From positions 10,912,001-10,976,000 of the forward strand of contig OZ024761.1 in NCBI GenBank assembly GCA_964016885.1: 64,000 nucleotides of DNA. The letters run 5' to 3'. Shown here piece by piece: positions 21,670 through 34,689 of the stretch (the stretch's first letter is position 1; each line of letters starts with the position of its first letter). Below the pieces are notes generated by a model. That model was given only the letters and a program-made list of their open reading frames with translations, searched no databases and was not told the DNA's origin. The stretch comes from Eledone cirrhosa. Lineage: Eukaryota. The position numbers were made by a program, and so were the translations under genes.

Positions 21670-22374
21670 GGACCACCGCTGGTCTAGGTGTGATAGCATG
21701 ACGTGGACCACCAGTGGACCACCTCTGGTCTAGGTGTGATAGCATGACGTGGACCACCAGTGGACCACCTCTGGTCTAGGTGTGATAGCATGACGTGGAC
21801 CACCAGTGGACCACCGCTGGTCTAGGTGTGATAGCATGACGTGGACCACCAGTGGACCACCTCTGGTCTAGGTGTGATAGCATGACGTGGACCACCAGTG
21901 GACCACCTCTGGTCTAGGTGTGATAGCATGACGTGGACCACCAGTGGACCACCGCTGGTCTAGGTGTGATAGCATGACGTGGACCACCAGTGGACCACCT
22001 CTGGTCTAGGTGTGATAGCATGACGTGGACCACCAGTGGACCACCTCTGGTCTAGGTGTGATAGCATGACGTGGACCACCAGTGGACCACCGCTGGTCTA
22101 GGTGTGATAGCATGATGTGGACCACCAGTGGACCACCTCTGGTCTAGGTGTGATAGCATGACGTGGACCACCGGTGGATGACCGCTGGTCTAGGTGTGAT
22201 AGCATGACGTGGACCACCGCTGGTCTAGGTGTGATAGCATGACGTGGACCACCGGTGGATGACAGATGATCTAGGTGACAGTGTGACACGACCACCGGTG
22301 ACTGACCACTGGTCTAGGTGACAGTGTGACACGACCCACCGGTGACTGACCACTGGTCTAGGTGACAGTGTGAC
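21670..22374. repeat. 46-bp minisatellite running into the assembly gap
   Basis: Unit GGACCACCAGTGGACCACCTCTGGTCTAGGTGTGATAGCATGACGT. Confidence 0.92.
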
Positions 22375-22574
22375 NNNNNNNNNNNNNNNNNNNNNNNNNN
22401 NNNNNNNNNNNNNNNNNNNNNNNNNNNNNNNNNNNNNNNNNNNNNNNNNNNNNNNNNNNNNNNNNNNNNNNNNNNNNNNNNNNNNNNNNNNNNNNNNNNN
22501 NNNNNNNNNNNNNNNNNNNNNNNNNNNNNNNNNNNNNNNNNNNNNNNNNNNNNNNNNNNNNNNNNNNNNNNNNN
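22375..22574. other. Assembly gap (200 N)
   Basis: Run of N. Confidence 0.99.
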
Positions 22575-22837
22575 AATCCCACACTAAATGGTCCTGTGAT
22601 GTCCTTCATGTTTTCTACATGTGAACATTTTGGGATTCTTACAGAAATCACCATCATCATCATCATGATCAACATCATCATCAACTACTTTAAAGTTTGC
22701 TGTGTTTGTTGTTTTGTTGTTTTGTTGGTTTTTTCTTGTTTTTGTGTTATTTTATAATTTTATCTTTGAGATGTAATCAAGTGGAACAAGAAATAAAGTG
22801 TGAAGTAAAGAACTTGACATAGTGGGGGAGGGGGGGT

Positions 22838-22891
<54 letters not shown>

Positions 22892-22937
22892 CAGCAGCAG
22901 TAGTAGTAGTAGCAGCAATAGCAGTAGTAGTAACAGC

Positions 22938-22987
<50 letters not shown>

Positions 22988-23374
22988 TAGTGGTAGTAGT
23001 GGTGGTGGTGGCAGTAGTAGTAGTGGTGGTGGTGGCAGTAGTAGTAGTGGTGGTGGTGGCAGTAGTGTGTGAGGGTCTGTGTGTGTGTGTATGACAAATA
23101 TAGTGTGTTTGTGATTTTGTGTAGTGTAGACTATGTGTGTTTGTGAGTGTGTATGCGTGTATGTGTGTCTATGTATGATAGTGTGTGTGTATGTGTGTGT
23201 CTATCTATGATAGTGTGTATGTGTGTGTGTGTTTGTGTGTGTCTATCTATGATAGTGTGTATGTGTGTGTGTGTGTAGTGTGTGTAACACAGTGCAGATG
23301 CCTAGCATGTGTGTCAAGGTTTTTGTTGCTATGGAAATCAATCGTCCCTTCCCCAACACTAGATCATGATCAAT

Positions 23375-23408
<34 letters not shown>

Positions 23409-24217
23409 TCAATGAGTGTGTGTGAGTATGTGAGTGATCAATGTGTGTGTGTGTGTGTGTGATCAATGAGTGTGTGAGTGTGTGTGTGTGATCAATGAGT
23501 GTGTGTGTGTGTGAGTGTGTGTGAGTGATCAATGAGTGTGTGTGTGTGTGTGTGAGTGATCAATGACTGTGTGTGTGAGTGTGTGTGTGAGTGATCAATG
23601 AGTGTGTGTGTGAGTGTGTGAGTGAGTGATCAATGTGTGTGTGTGTGAGTGAGTGATCAATGTGTGTGTGAGTGTGTGTGATGAATGTGCGTGTATATAT
23701 GAATGTGTGTGTATATATATGTGTGTATATATATATGTGTGTGTGTGTGTGTGATCAAGTGGGTAGCAATGTTATATACACCTGCTATACATAAATATAT
23801 TATACAGACACATACATATATCAATACTTGTTTGTTGTGTATACATCACACACATGTATACACACTGTATACACACATGTATACACACATGTATACATCC
23901 TCATTATGTGTTCATGGGTCATGTGTACCCTGGGGTAGAATACTACACCCCTTGTTTCATGTAGCGAACTCTGTTTGTGGGTATAGATATGTGTGTGTGT
24001 GTGTGTATATATATATATGTGTGTGTGTGTATGTGTGTGTATGTATATATATATGTGTGTGTGTGTGTGTGTATGTATATATATATGTGTGTGTATGTAT
24101 GTATGTATATATATATATGCGTGTGTGTGTGTGTATATATATGTGTGTGTGTGTATGTGTATATATATATATGTATGTGTGTATGTATATATATATATGT
24201 GTGTGTGCAAGTGTATG

Positions 24218-24252
<35 letters not shown>

Positions 24253-24430
24253 AGGGGGTGGGGGTATTTCTATCAGGTGGATATGTCAAGCTGGTGGGTG
24301 GGGGGAGGTGAGATAGAAATACAAAGTTGAAATAATATTCATTTTGTTGATGATGATGATGATGATACTGTTGGTAATGTTGTTGTTGTTAGTGTTGAAG
24401 GAAATAACACCAGCTCTGTCACCACCTCCA

Positions 24431-25156
24431 GTAGTAGTAGTGGTGGTGGTGGTAGTAGTAGTAGTAGTGGTGGTAGTAGTAGTAGTGGTGGTGGTGGTAG
24501 TAGTAGTAGTAGTAGTGGTAGTAGTAGTGGTGGTGGTGGTGGTAGTAGTGGTGGTGGTGGTGGTAGTGGTAGTAGTAGTGGTGGTGGTGGTGGTGGTGGT
24601 AGTAGTGGTGGTGGTGGTGGTGGTAGTGGTAGTAGTAGTGGTGGTAGTGGTGGTGGTGGTAGTAGTGGTGGTGGTGGTGGTAGTGGTAGTAGTAGTGGTG
24701 GTAGTGGTGGTGGTGGTGGTGGTAGTGGTAGTAGTAGTGGTGGTGGTGGTGGTGGTAGTAGTAGTGGTGGTAGTGGTGGTGGTGGTGGTGGTGGTAGTGG
24801 TAGTGGTAGTAGTGGTAGTGGTGGTAGTAGTAGTGGTGGTGGTGGTGGTGGTGGTGGTGGTGGTAGTAGTAGTAGTGGTGGTGGTGGTGGTAGTGGTGGT
24901 AGTAGTGGTGGTAGTGGTGGTAGTGGTGGTAGCGGTGGTGGTGGTGGTGGTAGTAGTAGTAGTGGTGGTGGTGGTGGTAGTGGTGGTGGTGGTGGTGGTG
25001 GTAGTGGTGGTGGTGGTAGTAGTAGTGGTGGTGGTAGTGGTAGTGGTGGTAGTAGTGGTGGTGGTGGTGGTGGTGGTGGTGGTGGTGGTGGTAATGGTGT
25101 TAATAGTAGTAGTGGTAGTGGTAGTGGTAATAGTAGTAGTAGTAGTAGTAGTAGTA
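24431..25156. repeat. (GTG/GTA)n trinucleotide tract
   Basis: Directly visible. Confidence 0.95.
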
Positions 25157-26285
25157 GTCTGCTGTGCTCAAAGCTGCTGCCAACTGTTGTGGTAAATGTA
25201 AAAGTGTGTGATGCCTAAGTGTACAGTGGGATCCATCCCATCCCAGTTACAGAGTAGACAGGGAGGTAGTGCGGTGTATCCAGTCCCAGTTACAGAGTAG
25301 ACAGGGAGGTAGTGCGGTGTATCCAGGTCCAGGGAAGCCGTACAATCGGAGAGCAGACATCAAACAACTGAAAATAAAGAATAATATTCATATAAATAAT
25401 TAACTAATTGGTTATTAATGGTTTCTAATTTAGGTACAAAATCAACATATTTTAGGGGTTAGGGTTAAAGTTGATTAAATCGAGCCCAGTACATGACTGG
25501 TACTTTATTGTATTGACCCTTAGCGGGATTTTAACAGGTTGATTAAACAATGATTCCGGGGGGGGGAACAAAGATAAAAAACAACACAAAATGGGGTTCA
25601 TTAGAGGGAAGGGGAGATAACTAAAGATAAATCAGTAGATATAAACAATAACAGCAATTGTAATAAATAGTCATAACAATAATAATACAACAACGATAAC
25701 AAGTCATAACAACAACAACACAACAACAGTTAACAACACAACAGTCATAACAACATAACATGTAGGGTGTAGTGAACAGGTGAAGTGGGGTTCAAGTATT
25801 TATGACCCCTAAACCTCACCTCCTCTCGGAAGGGAACATGAAAGGGGGTGGCAATATTTATATATGACCCCTACACCCACCCACCCCGGAGAGGAAGGGG
25901 GAGATAAGAGATGGTGGTGGTGGAAATATTCATGTAAAACCCTAACCCCTGGGGAGGGAGAGAGATGGTAGTAATATTTATATAAGACTTTACCCTGGGG
26001 GGGGGGTTAATATTTATATAAGACCTTACCCCCCCCGGGAGAGGGAGAGAGGTGGTGGTAATGTTTACATAAGACCCCTTCCGGGAGGGGGAGGAAGGAG
26101 AACATGTGAGATGGTGGTAATATTCATGCAAGACCCTACCCCCCAGGGAGGGAGAGAGGTGATGGTAATATTTATATAAGACCCTACCCCTGGGAAGGAA
26201 GGGCAACAATGTTAGACACAAGTAATATGGGACACGACATGCGACTTGCTCTCCCTGTCAACCTCGTCACTTCAGCCACAAACCT

Positions 26286-26915
26286 GGACTCCGCTGACTG
26301 CAGTGCAGAGGAGAGGAAAATGACCAATACTGGGGCCTGACTGACCACTTCCTCTGTGTATCTGTCACAGTCGAGTCCTCTGGTGTCCTTGGTCCCCACA
26401 TAACCACAGAGGAGAGGAAAATGACCAATACTGGGACCTGACTGACCACTTCCTCTGTGTATCTGTCACAGTCGAGTCCTCTGGTGTCCTTGGTCCCCAC
26501 ATAACCACAGAGGAGAGGAAAATGACCAATACTGGGACCTGACTGACCACTTCCTCTGTGTATCTGTCACAGTCGAGTCCTCTGGTGTCCTTGGTCCCCA
26601 CATAACCACAGAGGAGAGGAAAATGACCAATACTGGGGCCTGACTGACCACTTCCTCTGTGTATCTGTCACAGTCGAGTCCTCTGGTGTCCTTGGTCCCC
26701 ACATAACCACAGAGGAGAGGAAAATGACCAATACTGGGACCTGACTGACCACTTCCTCTGTGTATCTGTCACAGTCGAGTCCTCTGGTGTCCTTGGTCCC
26801 CACATAACCACAGAGGAGAGGAAAATGACCAATACTGGGGCCTGACTGACCACTTCCTCTGTGTACCTGTCACAGTCGAGACCTCTGGTGTCCTTGGTCC
26901 CCACATAACCACAGA
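26286..26915. repeat. 101-bp tandem repeat, ~6 near-identical copies
   Basis: CAGAGGAGAGGAAAATGACCAATACTGGG...GGTCCCCACATAACCA recurs every 101 bp. Confidence 0.93.
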
Positions 26916-27721
26916 GGTGAGGAAGATAGTTAAATACCAGGGCCTCACTGCCCACTTCCTCTTTGGTACCCCGCCTCTGTCAAGACCTCTGCTGTCCTTC
27001 GTCCCCCCACTGTTGATTTCCTCAGTAAAATCGGGAAGATGACAGCCCCATCAGGTGGAGTGGCTGTTGCATTATTATTATCTCTGGCCATTCTCAGCAA
27101 TTTGCCTGTGAGGTGCAGTTGAGGCACCCTTCAGTCTGGGGCCATAATGATTGTCCCTTCCCCCTCTCATTTTCTTTTGTTGCTTGATCCTTCTTTCCAA
27201 TTCTGTTTCCCTCTAATAGTGCATTTTTGTTTTTCTAAGACATTGCTCAATATGTAATTGTTACAAAGTTTGGTACAAGGCCAGCAATTACCCCAGTGCA
27301 TTACTGGTACTTTATTTTATCGACCCTGTAAGGATGAAAGTCAAAGCTAACCTCAGCGGGATTTGAACTCTTGCTCAATATGTAGTGGGAAATAAATATA
27401 TGTTTATGTCGATAAATAAACAATTAACTGATTAGTAACTCTGGCGAAATTAAAACGTAGAGATCAGTTACTGTAAACAATATACAGAAGTTGACAACAG
27501 TGAGTATCTGACATTCACACACATATATCATCATCATCAACATTTTACATCCGCTTTTCCCTGCTTGCAAGGGTGGGACGGGAACTGATTCTGGCTTGAT
27601 TTCTACAGCTGGATGCCCTTCCTAACACCAACCTCATTTACAGTGAGTGCTGGGTGCTTTTTTGCCGTGGCACCTCCACGACCACTTTGCAGTGGAATGA
27701 TAGGGACCCCAGTCCCTGTTA

Positions 27722-27866
27722 TCTCATTTCTGCAGCTGAGTAAACTGGAGCAATGTGAAATAAAGTGTCTTGCTCAAGGAAACAACACATCACCCGGTCT
27801 GAGAATTGAACTCACAACCTTCCGATTGCAAGCCCAATGCTCTAACCACTAAGCCATGTGCCTCCA
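27722..27866 (-). mobile_element. Full-length family-2 tRNA-SINE
   Basis: Minus strand: GGAGGCACATGGCTTAGTGGTTAGAGCA (A-box) ... GAGTTCAATTC (B-box) ... CCTTGAGCAAGACACTTTATTTCAC. Confidence 0.78.
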
Positions 27867-27993
27867 TATATACACATACAAATACACACACACATATATA
27901 TATATACATAGACACACACACATATACAAACACACACATATACATGTACATACAAAGATACATATATCTACAGAGACACACACATACATACAA

Positions 27994-28054
<61 letters not shown>

Positions 28055-28138
28055 AATGGAAGTACAGCATAATCAAAGCTCTGGCTGCAGCTAAGCTAAC
28101 GAATGCAATCGGGATGTGCAGCTAAGCACTCAATAAGG

Positions 28139-28240
<102 letters not shown>

Positions 28241-28376
28241 AACACACTGATGGATGGATAGATAGAGTGAGAGATTTATAGAGAGAGTGAGAGATAGATA
28301 GAGTGAGAGATTTATAGAGAGAGTGAGATAGATAGAGTGAGAGATTTATAGAGAGATGGGGAGATAGATTTATAGT

Positions 28377-28444
<68 letters not shown>

Positions 28445-28504
28445 CATGTATATATATATATATATATAAGTATTAATAAAATAGACGTTCTTTTGATCAA
28501 TTAC

Positions 28505-28559
28505 ATTTTATTATACATATTTCGGATGTACAACAGTATACGTCCTCATCAGACAAAAT
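28505..28559 (-). ncRNA. Type I hammerhead ribozyme motif (copy B)
   Basis: ATTTTGT-CTGATGA-GGA C GTATA CTGT TGTAC A TCC-GAAA-TATGTA-TA-ATAAAAT. Confidence 0.78.
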
Positions 28560-28733
28560 ATAATGATACATGACATACCCTGAGATGTTAAATGGTTAAG
28601 ATTTAATCAAGGTAGTCATTTTATTAATACTTATGTTAATAACTCCTGAAAATTATTTGCCGTTGAGTGCTTCCAATCTACTGTAAAACTCATTCTTTGA
28701 CATAATCATTGAATATTATTTAACAACTTAATA

Positions 28734-28792
<59 letters not shown>

Positions 28793-28912
28793 TCACTCAT
28801 TATGTCGGTGCACCTTCTAAAGAGCCCTAACACCCAACCCTAATTTAAGATTAGTCGGATTTAATTAGTATTAAAAGTAGAGGGGGGGGGGCTATTCTGG
28901 AGAAACACTGTA

Positions 28913-28959
<47 letters not shown>

Positions 28960-29178
28960 TAAGAAACCACTGGTAAATGGAATAATTGCCTTATGTTGTT
29001 TATTACATAATAATAATAATTAAGCTCTGTTGCCTACATAGAGCACTCTTTTTTCCTGGACTTTTCCGATGGAATTACTTCATATATATATAGTAATAAT
29101 AATAAAATTGAAGACTAAAATCCAAAGAGGGCTCGATAAGGATAAATATATATCAAATATATAAGAACCGTAGAGCAA

Positions 29179-29320
29179 ATATTTATTAAAATAACAGATT
29201 AAAGTTTAAGCAAAGAATCGCTGCTTTCACCCTTAACGGGATCTTCTGAAACTAACAAAGTCAATCCCCGTTAAGGGTGAAAGCAGCGATTCTTTGCTTA
29301 AACTTTAATCTGTTATTTTA

Positions 29321-29328
<8 letters not shown>
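29179..29328. repeat. Perfect inverted repeat, 62-bp arms, 26-bp spacer
   Basis: 29179-29240 is the exact reverse complement of 29267-29328. Confidence 0.92.
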
Positions 29329-29354
<26 letters not shown>

Positions 29355-29607
29355 GAAAATATAGAAATTAATGTGAGCAAGAAGCCAACAGTCTCCCATA
29401 ACATATAAGTGACTATAACGTCAAAATGGAAAATAATTAACGTAAGATGTAGGAAAATAATTCAAAAAATATATATATATATATACACGCATACATATAT
29501 ATATACAATATATTAACAAATGGAAACTATATTTATAAAACCATATTTATTTTATTATACATATTTCAAGGGCCACCAAGGCAAATTATAAAACTAACTC
29601 TGTATTG

Positions 29608-29673
29608 TATTTTATCTGATGAAAGCGCACCATAATTTGCCTTGCTGGCCCTTGAAATATGTATAATAAAATA
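29608..29673 (+). ncRNA. Type I hammerhead ribozyme motif (copy C) within an 89-bp-arm inverted repeat (29501-29720)
   Basis: TATTTTAT-CTGATGA-AAG C ... C CTT-GAAA-TATGTA-TA-ATAAAATA; stem II partly degenerate. Confidence 0.68.
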
Positions 29674-29894
29674 AATATAGTTTTATAAACATAGTTTCCA
29701 TTTGTTAATATATTGTATATTTACTCCACTAATTGTTGAGTGCTTTATATCAGTTATAAAAAATTTTTTTAGCTTGTTGAATCCCAACAAATTAAATATA
29801 ACCTCTGCATATATATATATATATACACATATATATATATATATATATAGTGACGAAACATCAGTCAATTGCATGAACTCATAATCCTTTATTT

Positions 29895-29950
29895 ACTGCT
29901 ATATATATTTCCATGATAGCCATTGAATGGCTATGACCTCATCAGGCAGT
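29895..29950 (-). ncRNA. Type I hammerhead ribozyme motif (copy D)
   Basis: ACTGC-CTGATGA-GGT C ATAGCCAT TCA ATGGCTAT C ATG-GAAA-TATATA-TA-GCAGT; first stem II pair is G.G. Confidence 0.68.
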
Positions 29951-30087
29951 TAGTCAGTTCTTAGATATGCCAGCTCTGTGTTTATAGTGTTGATGGTGTC
30001 AGAGCCTGGGGACATATGTATGTATATATATATATATATGCGTGTGTACATCTTCCATGTGTGTTTATTTATATATATATATATATA

Positions 30088-30271
30088 AGAGCAATGGATT
30101 GGCAGAATTGGTAGAGCGTCGATACGTTCTGAGTTCAAATCCCGCCGAGGTGAGCTTTGCCTCTCACCTGTACGGGGGTCGATAAAATAAAGTACCAGTA
30201 ATGTACTGTGATTGATTTAGTCGACTTTCCTCTCCCCTTCACATTGCTGGCCTTGTGCTTATAGTTGAAAC

Positions 30272-30275
<4 letters not shown>
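30088..30275 (+). mobile_element. Family-1 tRNA-SINE
   Basis: TGGCAGAATTGG ... GAGTTCAAATCCCGCC ... GGGTCGATAAAATAAAGTACCAG. Confidence 0.75.
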
Positions 30276-30306
<31 letters not shown>

Positions 30307-30429
30307 GGTAAAATTCCGATATAACGAATTTTTTTCAATACCCGGCCACACGTTCGATGTGTTAGATCGATCTCGTTATAAAGAATATTTCGTTACAACG
30401 AATTTTTTTATACCCCGTGAATTTCGTAT

Positions 30430-30494
30430 CTCTGCCTGACGACCGATCCAGACGTATATTATCGTCTGTGATCCAGAAACCTGTGGTAATGGAG
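30430..30494 (+). ncRNA. Degenerate hammerhead-like motif of a different subtype (GAAACC..GGTA)
   Basis: CTGACGA-ccGATCCAGACG..CGTCTGtGATCca-GAAACC-TGT-GGTA; weak stem I and mismatched stem II base. Confidence 0.4.
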
Positions 30495-30525
30495 TTGTTA
30501 TATTTTGTGTTGTTCACTTTCTAAT

Positions 30526-30619
<94 letters not shown>

Positions 30620-31040
30620 TAAACACATATGGAAGATGAACACACGCAAACTACGTTTGTATATATACATATATACAAACTACGTTTGTATATATGTATA
30701 TATACATATACGTAGGTGAATGTGTGTGTGATGTAAGAAACCGACACACACACACACACACACACACACGTGTTTGTGTTCGAATACCGTATGTGTACAT
30801 GTTATGTGGTGTGTGTGTGTATATATGTGTGTGCGCGCGTGTGTGTGTGTGTGTGTCCGTAATGTAGAGTTTAAAAATTATCTAAGTCAACATCACCTCA
30901 TCCAACTATCTCCGAAAAGTACACACGTGCGTGTGTGTATATATATATACACACGTGTGTATATATATATATATTAAAGAGTTAAACATACATATATATA
31001 TACACACACGTGTGTATATATATATATTAAAGAGTTAAAC

Positions 31041-31083
<43 letters not shown>

Positions 31084-31376
31084 TGTGTATACGTAATGGA
31101 TATATATGTATGTATGTATATGTATATATATATGTATGTATATGTATGTATATATATAATGTATATAATGATAAAGAGTGAGAAACACAGTAGAATAAGA
31201 GTTTAAAATACCACTGTGCTTACAAATATTCTTCAAACATTGAGCGAGCACTCAATACGTGGAGATAGTGTGTAAATTCTATTTGCTGAGTAGATAGATA
31301 AACAGACAGACGACTATAGAGTCAGGCAGATAGAAGGATATATATATATGTATATAAACAGATAGATATACACGCA

Positions 31377-31450
<74 letters not shown>

Positions 31451-31493
31451 TATACATATATATATATGTATATAAACAGATAGATATACACGC

Positions 31494-31586
<93 letters not shown>

Positions 31587-31639
31587 TATGTGTATATATA
31601 TGTGTGTGTGTGTGTATATAGATAGATATACACGCAGAT

Positions 31640-31838
31640 TAGAATGCTATTGAAGTGTGTATACATTTTTGGCGGACACCCTGTATATTGTATATATGTA
31701 AAATACCGAATCACAAGCCGAAACCGTTTGGCACCGCGGTCGGGATTTTACATATATACAGGATGTCCCCCAAAAATGTATACACACTTCAACAGCATTC
31801 TAATCAAAGTGTGTATACATTTTTTATGCGACACCTTA
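31640..31838. mobile_element. Tc1/mariner-type MITE (31759-31838) plus an inverted half copy (31640-31683)
   Basis: TA-CAGGATGTCCCCCAAAAATGTATACACACTT ... AAGTGTGTATACATTTTT..GACACC-TA terminal inverted repeats. Confidence 0.55.
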
Positions 31839-31865
31839 TATATATGTGTGTGTATATATATATAC

Positions 31866-31909
<44 letters not shown>

Positions 31910-33236
31910 ATATATATTCGGATCTAGCTGTGGAAACGGCAGGAGCTCAGCCGTCGGTGTCCCGAATCTTTCATAGATAGATAGATAGGTAGATAGGTAG
32001 ATAGATAGAGAGATATTCGAACCACTAACCCGATGTCTGGTGTACTCCAAGCTGTGTTCTTCCAGTTGTTTATACATAAATCCGTGATAATGTTTGTGAG
32101 ACCAGCAAGGTGCTGGATGAGGGAGGGGGAGTTGTTATTGTTGCTGTTGTTGCTGTTGTTGCTGATGAGGCTTTACATCCATCCTCCAGGTGAATATATA
32201 TATGTATGTGTGTGTACTATAATGTCAGTGTGTATGTATGTGTGTGTATGTATGTGTGTGTAATTATAACGTGGGTTTTCACTGTGTACGTACGTGTTTA
32301 TAAACATAAGCGGGCATGTGTCAGTGTGTGTATATAATGTGTGTGTGTGTATATGTAGTTATGTGTGTATATGTAGTTATGTGTGCATGTGTTAGTGTGT
32401 ATATTGGTCAGTATGTGTGTATATTTATCAGTTTGAGTGTGTGTATATATTTATCAGTATGTGTCAATGGTGTGTTTATGTGTCAGTGGTTATAATGTGT
32501 GCATGTATGTGTGTATGTGTGTTTGTGTGCAGCAACAGAGAGAAACGGGCTGTGTGTAGACATATGCAAGACCACGTACGTGAATGGGGGAAGAGAGGGG
32601 GGAGGATTGGAGTAAAGAGAGAGAGGGGGGGGTAAGAAAAAGAGAGAGAGAGTAAAAGCAAGAGAGATAATGAGAAAAAAGAGAGGGGGTAAAAAAGAGA
32701 GGTAAAGAGAAGAGACATAGAGGGGGTTTAAGAAAGAGAGTAAAAAGGTAAGAGAGGCAGGGGGAAGAGGGAATAAGAGAAAGAGAGATAAGAGAAGAGA
32801 GAGGCTGTTAAGAAAGAGAGTAAAAAGGGAGAGAGAGAGGGGTTAAGAAAGGGAGTAAAACGTAAGAGAGAGAGAGGGGTTTAAGAGGGAGAGAGGCGGA
32901 ATAAGTAAGAATGCAAGAGGGATGGGAGGAGTTGTAATGAAAGACAGATATGGAAAGAGGGCGAGAAGGGGAGAGATAGAGAAAGATAGTAAGACATAAA
33001 AAGAGAGTGAGAAGAAGAGTAGTAAAAGAGAAAGAGAGAAAAAGGAGAGAAAGAAAGAAACTTAGGATGAGAGAGAGAAGATAGGAAATTGACAACAAAT
33101 TTTATGTGTGTATCTATGGGTGTGTATGTATGTGTATGTGTGTGTGTGTATGTGTATGTGTGTGTGTATATATATGGGTGTGTATGTATGGACATATATA
33201 TATATAGAGAGAGAGAGAGGTACATATGCATGTATG

Positions 33237-33270
<34 letters not shown>

Positions 33271-33279
33271 CGTGTATAT

Positions 33280-33328
<49 letters not shown>

Positions 33329-33765
33329 TGTGTGTGTGTGTATAATATATATATATATATATGTATATGTTTGTATGTGTGTGTGTGTATGTGTATATAT
33401 ATATATATATGTATGTGTATATGTATATATATATGTATGTGTATATGTATATATATGTATATGTATATATGTATATATATGTATGTGTATATGTATATAT
33501 ATATGTATATGTATGTGTATATGTATATATATGTATGTGTATATGTATATATATGTATGTGTATATGTATATATATGTATGTGTATATGTATATAAATGT
33601 ATGTGTATATGTATATATATGTATGTGTATATGTATATATATGTATGTGTATATGTATATATATGTATGTGTATATGTATATATATGTATGTGTGTATGT
33701 ATATATATGTATGTGTGTGCGTATCTATGCGTTTGCAAGCATAGATGCGTAAGAGTAAGATGCAC

Positions 33766-33796
<31 letters not shown>

Positions 33797-34052
33797 TGTG
33801 TGTGTGTGTGACTAAGTGAGAGAGTAAGGAAAGGAGAGGGAGAAAGACTAGGATTAAGAGAAAGAGGGTGAGGAAGAGGAGAGAAAACTATGATTATGTA
33901 AAAAGAGGGATTTAGTAAGATTGTAAGGAAAAAAGGGGAAAGTGTGTGTCTGTGTCTCTGTGTATTTGTGTGTGCGTGTGTATGTGTGTGTGTCTGTGTG
34001 TGTCTCTGTATGTGTGTGTGTGTGTGTGAGTGTGTATGTGTGTGTCTGTGTC

Positions 34053-34083
<31 letters not shown>

Positions 34084-34689
34084 GTCTCTGTGTGTGTCTG
34101 TATGTGTGTATGTGTGTGTCTCTGTGTATGTGTGTGTGCGTGTGTCTCTGTGTATGTGTGTGTGATTAGGGGAGAGAGAGAGAGAACAAGATTAAGTGAG
34201 AGAGTGTAAGTAAAGTAAAAGAGAAAGGGAGTGTGATTAAGGGAGAGAGAGGAAGAGAGTGTGTAATGAAGTGAGAGAGAGAGAGTGTGTGTGGTAGTGT
34301 GTGTGTGTGGTAGTGTATGTGTGTGTGTATATATATGTGTTTGAGAGAGTGTGTGTGTGTGTATACATGTGTTTGAGAGAGTGTGTGTGTGTGTGGTAGT
34401 GTATGTGTGTATGCATGTGTATATATGTGTTTGAGAGAGAGTGTGTATGTATGTGTGTGGTAGTGTGTGTGTGTGTGTATATATATATGTGTTTGAGAGA
34501 GAGTGTGTGTGTGTGGTAGTGTGTGTGTATATATACATGTGTTTGAGAGAGTGTGTGTGGTAGTGTGTGTGTGTGTGGTAGTGTATGTGTGTGTGTATGT
34601 GTGGTATTGTGTGTGTGTGGTAGGGAGAGAAAGAGAGAGTGTGTGTATGTATGTGTGTGGTAGAGAGTGAGAGAGAGAGAATGAGTGTG

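Noticed and set aside
31699-31750. GAAACCG..CGGTC hammerhead-like 3' half
   Set aside because: No CTGANGA core upstream.
32028-32190. Candidate minus-strand exon ending in GTTAGT
   Set aside because: No recognisable protein similarity or clear acceptor; cannot be supported without RNA data.
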